Assembly: GCF_006345805.1 (NCBI RefSeq)
Contig: NC_043002.1
Coordinates: forward strand, 70,742,001 to 70,806,000
From: Octopus sinensis
Taxonomy: Eukaryota
Length of the DNA: 64,000 nucleotides
Direction of reading: 5' to 3'
Position numbers and translations under genes: made by a program. The notes under the pieces were generated by a model. The model did no database searches and was not told where the DNA came from. It saw nothing but the letters and a program-made list of their open reading frames with translations. This document shows positions 53,986 through 64,000 of this stretch, in pieces; position 1 is the first letter of the stretch; each line of letters starts with the position of its first letter.

Positions 53986-54480
53986 TCTCAGAAAGCATCT
54001 AGAAATAGAGAGATGAGTGGTTACTCTAATTTTTAAGCCTATTTGACTAAATTTGTATAAAATGTACCACTGAATGTTCATCGCAACCGTGAGGAATGTT
54101 TAAGCCATCGTCAAGATAGCGAGCAATATCTTGAGATGGAACATAAATCTCATGTATCTAACATATAAACAGCTGCTCGGTCACAAATACGATGCCATTG
54201 ACACAACAGACAATTTGTTTCAGATATTTTACCTATGATGACCACTTACAGAAGATAAGAGATTTTACGCAAATGCATGAAAACGTCTATATGGTCAGTA
54301 TTGATATCATATGCTCTATCCAGTTAGGATAACGATGCTAATTTACAATTTGAAATTGTATAAATTAACTCTACGGTTATATTTTATATTCCTATACTAG
54401 TCTACTATAATGCAGTTATTTGCGCATTGTAACAATTTAGTACTTTTCTTATTTCTGTTATTAATCTTTCTTAATAACTA

Positions 54481-54587
54481 GGGTGGCGTGGTGGCAGAAT
54501 GGTTAGCAAGCCAGACAAAATGACCATTTGAACTCAGAACGTTTTCACGTTCTGAGTTCAAATTTCGTCAAGGTCGACATTATTGAC
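54481..54587 (+). mobile_element. Family D SINE 5' part
   Basis: ggtggcagaatggttagcaagcc...cgttctgagttcaaatttcgtcaaggtcgac. Confidence 0.7.
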
Positions 54588-54614
54588 ACATACAATACAC
54601 ACACACACACACAC

Positions 54615-54645
<31 letters not shown>

Positions 54646-55179
54646 CTCAAGAACACACACACACATGTATATGTATACTCACATACGCCTATATAAACAT
54701 CGATATTAGAGTCGATCTTCCTTGAAGATTATTCAACGATTCCGTATATACATTGATCCGTACACACAAACACACATACACTTTCACATCGAGAAAACTT
54801 AGTTTTTCTCCGATTCAAATTATGTTATATAATTTCACTATCCATACGGCTCGAATATATAATATTCGAATTACATGTAAATTGTGTATCGCTAACCTTC
54901 TTGTTTGTGATTAAATTATATACACTTCTTGTTATGAACGAACAGAGTTATAAAATGCATAAGCTTATCATTTGAAATAACGAAACAATAAATACGTTTT
55001 ACAAACGCACCAAATAAATTTACATTAAACTACAATGATTTTAGATTATTTATTAGAAATTTCAAATAATTTGATAACACGAAAGTCAGAAATAATTTGA
55101 GACTGTTTGTGACCAAACGAGAACCGTGGTTGACCACGTTGCAAGCAGGCTGACGTTTCCCTACGATACGGTGTGACGT

Positions 55180-55410
55180 GAAATTACAAATGATATTGGC
55201 TTCAAATTTTGGCACAAGGCCAGCAGATTCGGGAGAGGGCGTTAGTCGATTAAATCGGTCCCTGTTTCCAACTGGTAATTCTTTTATCGACCACGAAAGG
55301 ATGAAAGGCAAAGTTAACCACGGCAGAATTTGAACTCAGATCCAAAAGACGGATGAAATCTCACTAAGCATTTTGCCCAGCGTGTTTAGTGATTTTAGCA
55401 GGTCGTCGTG
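55180..55410 (-). mobile_element. Family D SINE
   Basis: Reverse complement contains ttctgagttcaaattctgccgtggttaactttgcctttcatcctttcgtggtcgataaa. Confidence 0.8.
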
Positions 55411-55547
55411 TTAAACTGGGAGAAGCTTACAGCATTTAAGTTTCCCACGCACTCACCCATCTAAGTATTCATTAGGATCGATGAGATCCGGTGCATTGAA
55501 CGTGACAGCTGTAAGCAAAATTACATAAAGATATTATTTTAGATATT

Positions 55548-55740
55548 GAAGCGGCGAGATAGTAGAACTGTTAAAATGTCGGAAGAAAAAGTATTTGCGG
55601 AAATTTTTTCTAACTCATAAAATATTGTGTTCAAATTACGTAGGGGTTGACTTTACATTTCATCATTTTGAGATTGATAAAATAAGTACCATTTGAATAT
55701 TTGGATAAATATAATCGACTCACACGCATCCCTTAGATTT
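55548..55740 (+). mobile_element. Degenerate family D SINE
   Basis: ggcgagatagtagaactgtta...gttcaaatt...gttgactttacatttcatc...gataaaataagtacca. Confidence 0.65.
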
Positions 55741-56807
55741 CGTGTTTAAAACCAAAGTTATTTTTGATATATCTACACGTGGGGTGGATTATTCGGGCAT
55801 TTAGTATAACCGCGTCCCGCAAAAATTCACGTTTTCTCTCTGAATCAAGTTTTGAGAATATTTGCGTTTAAGAATGGATTTTTGATTCGGATACAGAGGA
55901 TCATTGTTGATGGTTAGCTAAAATTCATTTTACAGAAGAAGTCGTTATAGCCTTGACGGTACAAAACTATTTTAAAGGAATATCATAGCTCTTACAAATA
56001 TGCTGTCATCATCACCATCAACCCCGAACATTACTATCTCAATTCCTAGGACTCATCAAGAGAGCTGGTTTCCCAGTCTGCATGGCGTATAAGTGACCGA
56101 GATCACAATGCTCGAACTGAGTGTTAGACAACCGACAACTGATGAAGGGTCCTTTCTCTGTATTTACTTGTCCTATTTTCCATTTTTCTCGTTGTTTACG
56201 TATTTCATATGTAGACACAATTAAAAACAACGGTAAAAGAAAAAAAGCTTTCTATGCCAATATGCTGAAAATAGACTTTAAAATGTCATTCACCACATTA
56301 CATTATACATTCACTATGAATACACGTCGTGCTGAAATAGAGGAAGGCAAGCTAACAGAACTTATTTTTTAAAATTCGTTATCACTATATTGAATCAATT
56401 TCTGGATTCATCCCACGGATTTTTCCCTCTTTAGTAGAATATACGATAAGAAATAAATGAAATACTTACAAGCACCCATGGAAAAAAGCAGAAGCAAGAG
56501 TCATGTATACACATAAGTACCCCAGTTATATCTAAATGTAAAATCCTTTAGCAAGCCTCAGCACACGTGTGACCGGTCATAAAACACAACGTTCAGTGGG
56601 TACCAGTCCTGAAGTGAATGGTAATCAATTTACTTCTAATATAGGATAATTTTTTTGCCCCCCTCCCCCCACCCAAAAAAAATTCCATCAAAGTAGCCAG
56701 CATATTAAAATACCTTTAAAGGTGAAAATTATATACAAGAGCAAAATGAAACAGATTTCTATGCCAATATGCTGAGAATATATATATCAGAAGTAAATAC
56801 ATACATA

Positions 56808-56888
<81 letters not shown>

Positions 56889-56894
<6 letters not shown>

Positions 56895-57020
56895 TATATA
56901 GAAGGAGCTTCTACAGGACTAGAACTGTTTCATTCAAGAGAAATCTTCAGGAAGCTTCCTGAAGATTTCTCTTGAATGAAACAGTTCTAGTCCTGTAGAA
57001 GCTCCTTCTATATAATAAAT
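56889..57020. repeat. Perfect 132-bp palindrome (66-bp arms, no spacer, centre AAGCTT)
   Basis: Arms checked base by base; left arm abuts a long (TA)n tract. Confidence 0.95.
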
Positions 57021-57086
57021 TAATTTTACTCTGCTATGTATTGAGTACCTTATTTACTGTGGTTAACCCCGAATCAACCCGGGACC

Positions 57087-57134
<48 letters not shown>

Positions 57135-57193
57135 CCCATATGTATGTATATATATATATATATATATAATATATATGTGTGTATATGTATGTA

Positions 57194-57225
<32 letters not shown>

Positions 57226-57233
57226 AGCCAAGC

Positions 57234-57727
57234 GAAATCTTTCGTCACACATCTTTGACCTCCTTATCGACACTTTACCTCTTCGTGTGTGCTCGTGCTC
57301 TGATTATTCTATTATGTTCTTCTATGATGTATATGCGTCTATTTTTGTTTATGTGTGTCTACATGTGTGTGTCATTGTTCTTAGTAGCACTATGACCCCA
57401 CCCACTGAGCCACGTCCCCTACCCCGTTGCCGCCGCTGTTGCCCTTGAGCCCGATTTTATGTACAGTTCCTGTAACCCACTGTGTTTGTGTATTTATCTA
57501 CACACGAACACAGTGAATTACAAGAACGGTGCATAATGTCGGGTTCAAGGACAACAGCAGCGTAGGGGACGGGGCTGAGGGGAGGGTAATAGTGCTACTA
57601 AGAACAACGACACACACACCAAACTCAGATGTATGCGCATATATGCACATCATAGAACAGAATGGAATAAGCAGAGCATGAAGACGGAAAGCGTCGCTGA
57701 GGTCGCAGATGCGTGACGAAAGACTTC
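57234..57727. repeat. About 500-bp fold-back (about 250-bp diverged arms, 6-nt loop at 57493-57498)
   Basis: e.g. gttcttagtagcactat / atagtgctactaagaac, cactgtgtt / aacacagtg, tctttcgtcac / gtgacgaaaga; roughly 75-80% by eye. Confidence 0.9.
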
Positions 57728-57903
57728 CGGACAATGGACGTGAGTTACAATAAGAAAAGTAATAAACGAGTGAAGAAGTAATATATTGTGCGTGTGTTAA
57801 TTTGGCAAAAAAAAAATGACCGTCCTGAAATACAACAATACCTGTTTCAACACACGACTTCACATCAGTAATCTTGCAGCTAAAATTCGTAAACATGTAT
57901 CTT

Positions 57904-57946
<43 letters not shown>

Positions 57947-58015
57947 CACACACACACTCTCTCTCTCTCTTTATATATATATATATATACACACACACAT
58001 ATATATATATATATA

Positions 58016-58071
<56 letters not shown>

Positions 58072-58075
58072 GTTG

Positions 58076-58280
58076 AAGTTAATCCAAACAAGAAAGCACA
58101 AAAAAACACAACAGCGCGAGTACGTGGAACAAATATAGTATTATTGGACGCTCAGGAAAGAAGTAAAGAAGGAGGGTTTAACGTTTCGAGCAGAGCTCTT
58201 CGTTGGAAACATAGGAGAAGGAAAGATCCAGAGAAGGGAAGACAGAGGAAAAAAAATCGCCAACGGTACACACGCGGTCA
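58076..58280 (-). mobile_element. Family F pLTR-like element with hammerhead-like motif at 58176-58210
   Basis: Minus strand: gttt-CCAACGAAGA-gctctgctc-GAA-ACGT-T-aaac; embedded between (TA)n tracts. Confidence 0.55.
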
Positions 58281-58299
58281 CATATATATATATGGCCTG

Positions 58300-60742
<2,443 letters not shown>

Positions 60743-61218
60743 AGGTAATAGGAAACGGCTGCTTTTGAGGAAATTGCAAACCTCAACTGTTCTCATACCG
60801 CTATCAATAATATCATGTGATGTTGATATGAATATTTCAGCCGTAATCATACTGAGAAATATAAAGACACTGGAATATATTACCATGAATATATTGAAGC
60901 TCGGCTGTCAAATAAAGCAGATTTAAAACATAATAACGGATTATGTGAAGATAATAACAAGCAAGAGGGATTAGAATTCCAGGGAGATTACAAGCGATAG
61001 GTAATCATATATATTTAAATACATAGAAATATACAGAAATCTCGGAACACCAACAAATTCTTTAACATTTAAACAATAGTAAATATTTATCAGCGTCTCT
61101 CTTTGTGTATATCTGTGTTTTCTTTGTACTTACAGCAAAGCGATACAATTGCAATTAGCATTTCACACAGGTAGAGAGAAATATGCGCGGTTGTTTAGCA
61201 CCGGCAAGGCAGTAGTTG

Positions 61219-61380
61219 GCGCAGACAGGTCTGGTGGTAAGAAACTTATTTCCAAAGAATACCACACTGGGACAAGTCCCACTGCGTGATACTTGCGTAG
61301 GTGTATTCCTCTAGAGTTTCGGGTCGACCAAAGCCTTGTGAATGGTTTTGGCAAACAGAAACTGGAAGAAATCTGTCGTG
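61219..61380 (+). mobile_element. Degenerate family A SINE 5' half
   Basis: gtggtaagaaactt...agtcccactgcgtg...gggtcgaccaaagccttgtga. Confidence 0.7.
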
Positions 61381-61469
61381 CATAATATATATATATATAT
61401 TATCATTAATTAAAATCTTAGGGTAGCAAGATTATTTATCGAAAAAACTCTTAGCTACCAATATGTATT

Positions 61470-61680
61470 GGAAGAATTCACAAAAAAACAACAAAAGACA
61501 AAGACAGGTGGTGTAGACAACAAACAGATGTATTTGTATAATGCTCGGGAAGTGAAAAAGTTTTTAACGTTTCGAGCCTACGCTCTTCCACAGAAAGGAA
61601 CACAGAAAGAAACAAGGAGAGAAAATAAAGAAAGTGTAGTGGCTAGCGATCTATCATGGCGAATGCCGGACAATATATAC
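61470..61680 (-). mobile_element. Family F pLTR-like element with hammerhead-like motif at 61563-61596
   Basis: Minus strand: ttt-CTGTGGAAGA-gcgtaggctc-GAA-ACGT-T-aaa. Confidence 0.55.
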
Positions 61681-61749
61681 AAACGCGCACACACACACAA
61701 ATATATATATTTTCTTTATTCTTTTATTGTTTTACTTGTTCTAGGCATG

Positions 61750-62078
61750 TAACTGCCGCCATGCTGGAGTACCGCCTTGAATGGTTTTAGTCGAGGAAAT
61801 CGAACACAGGACTTATATTTTTTAAGCCTGTTCTATCGGTCTCTTAAGCCGTGCCGCTATATCAGGGGAACGTAAACACATCAACACCGGTTCTCAAGTG
61901 GTATTGAGAAGACAAACACAGACAGAAAGACACACACACACACAAATTAATTATACAATAGGTTTCTCTCTGTTTCCTTCTAGCAAATCCATTCGCAAGG
62001 TTTTTGCTGGCCCGAGGTTATTGAAGAAGACACTTGTACAAAGTGCTACGCTGTGAGTTTAAACCCGGGTCCAGCCGC
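61750..62078 (-). mobile_element. Family A SINE (decayed)
   Basis: Reverse complement of tail gccatgctggagtaccgcctt and of the body. Confidence 0.8.
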
Positions 62079-62092
62079 GCATATTTCTCTCT

Positions 62093-62340
62093 ACCTGCTA
62101 TAGCCTCGGGCCAACCATAGCCTTCGCTTATATGTATGTTTGTGTGTCTGTATTTGTCCCCCCAACATCCTTTGACAACCGATTCTGATGTGTTTATGCC
62201 TCCGTAACTTAGCGCTTCGGCAAAAGAGAAAGATACAATAAGTAGTAGGGCTACAAAGAAGAAGGCCTGGGGTCGATTTTGCTCGACTAAAGGCGGTGCT
62301 CCTGCATGGCCGCAGTCAAATGACTGAAACAAGAAAATCT
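62093..62340 (+). mobile_element. Family A SINE, 5'-truncated, inverted relative to its neighbour
   Basis: ctatagcctcggg...ggcggtgctcctgcatggccgcagtcaaatgactgaaac. Confidence 0.85.
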
Positions 62341-62347
62341 ATAAAAG

Positions 62348-62384
<37 letters not shown>

Positions 62385-62510
62385 TTATGTATATATATAT
62401 GCATGTATGTATATTTGTATACATCTGCGTATACATGTATGTGAGCGAGTGTGTGTGCGTATATATACATATGTGTGTGTGTTTGTGTATGTATAAATAT
62501 ATGTGAATGA

Positions 62511-62549
<39 letters not shown>

Positions 62550-63164
62550 CACATATTCCCATGCACTCACATATGAGCATTATATGTGTATATGTGTATC
62601 TAGGTGTAACACTGAATGTACGTTTATAACTAAAGGTGTCTATGTTTGAAAGTGTACGCGTATATTCAAGTGGGGGGAAAAAACAGTAAAAATCATAGCG
62701 GACTTAAATATACATAATAGCTTTTAACATCATAAAGAATTAATAAAGGTAAAGATTACTATTGATATACATTGTTCGAGTATTATCTAGAGGAATATTT
62801 ATGAAGTGAACAACTAATACGAAATCAAATGTGCTAAAATCAATTTTAAATCCTGTGAGAATACTTTTAACAGAGCTGTGTATTCATAATGCGAATGTAC
62901 GGAAGCGCATATATGCAGACATTTGCACGGTCATGCAAACACACGGAGAATCACGCATATAATCACTCGCACTTACACACGTGCAAAGACTCATAAACAC
63001 GCTCATTGATATTTATACACCAACGCACATACACAAAGTACCTCGCGGGTACACATTCTTATATACAGAAATACGCATACGCGCGCATATGCACGTGTTT
63101 GTGTGTATGTGTGTGTTTCTGTGCGAGGGGGTTTATGCCGATGCATATGGATGCTTATGTATTT

Positions 63165-63315
63165 TCGCCTCTGTCTCTCTCCCTTTCTTTCTCTCTCTTT
63201 CTCTCTCTCTCTCTATGTATATATATATACATACATACATACATACATAGATACACACAGATATATTTGTATGCATGTAGGTATGTATGTTTGTATGTAT
63301 GTATGTATGTATGTG

Positions 63316-63359
<44 letters not shown>

Positions 63360-63375
63360 TGCGTGTGTGTGTGTA

Positions 63376-63416
<41 letters not shown>

Positions 63417-63479
63417 GTATATATATGCATGTATATATATATATATATCTATATCTATCTCTCTCTCTCTCTCTCTCTT

Positions 63480-63510
<31 letters not shown>

Positions 63511-63520
63511 GTATAAATAT

Positions 63521-63579
<59 letters not shown>

Positions 63580-63580
63580 A
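63165..63580. repeat. Compound (CT)n/(TA)n/(TATG)n/(TG)n microsatellite
   Basis: Directly visible. Confidence 0.95.
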
Positions 63581-64000
63581 GTAGGTATATGCATGCGCGA
63601 TTCTGCGTGTGTATGTACGCACGTAACTACAAGCATATCAGTATGTTTGTACGAGAACATTCCATTTCGTATTTTGTATGTGAAAGTCTCTATCATCTTA
63701 AGCCATAATAAAATCTATGAACACAGATTCAGAATTTATCAAAGAAGATATTGAAGTAGTATTTATCTATAATAGGACATTTCAATTAGCCTGTATTATT
63801 TAGCGAAAAAAGCCCAACGAAAAACAACTTTTAAAATCGACAACATTAATCATGACAATAACACATGATTAACACATATTTGTAAAAGAAATCTCCGCTC
63901 GATTTTAATGAAATTGTCAGCGTCTTTCTCCAACACAACTTTATAACACGTTTGACAAGATTGTGGCTTTTAAAAATGGGAAAAAATTATACATATTCTG

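Noticed and set aside
60841-61000. 52-codon open frame between ttcag and gtaatc (similar pseudo-exons at about 14730, 54225, 56470)
   Set aside because: No recognisable homology, the stop abuts the donor, phases and strands do not assemble into a gene; expected by chance in 64 kb.

Overview
AT-rich, microsatellite-saturated, gene-poor animal DNA. The SINE families point to an octopus (coleoid cephalopod) genome; this is an inference from repeat families. I recognised no host protein-coding gene, and most entries in the ORF track are (TA)n/(CA)n/(GA)n translation artefacts. The window is a stack of decayed mobile elements. (1) A 4.08-kb hAT transposon with TIRs and an exact 8-bp TSD (9374-13453), into which a Hero-type RLE LINE fragment has inserted. 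(2) Two Penelope-like elements (PLEs) of different clades: Neptune-like (27240-30335) and Hydra-like (about 47130-51375). (3) A CR1/L2-group LINE (58300-60505), an R4/Dong endonuclease fragment, two mariner relics, MITEs, a Helentron-type HINE and about 18 tRNA-derived SINE copies. The most interesting layer is a set of PLE pseudo-LTR modules docked in (TA)n tracts. They carry type-I hammerhead or hammerhead-like folds with palindromic stem III, some with an unusually long stem II or a recurrent non-canonical core, and many sit in inverted or fold-back configurations. In the Hydra-like element the terminal inverted copy begins within about 10 nt of the predicted ribozyme cut site. Also notable are a MITE carrying a tRNA-like cloverleaf and a 3' stem-loop shared by SINE and LINE. 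All structures were folded and aligned by eye, so boundaries of decayed repeats are approximate.
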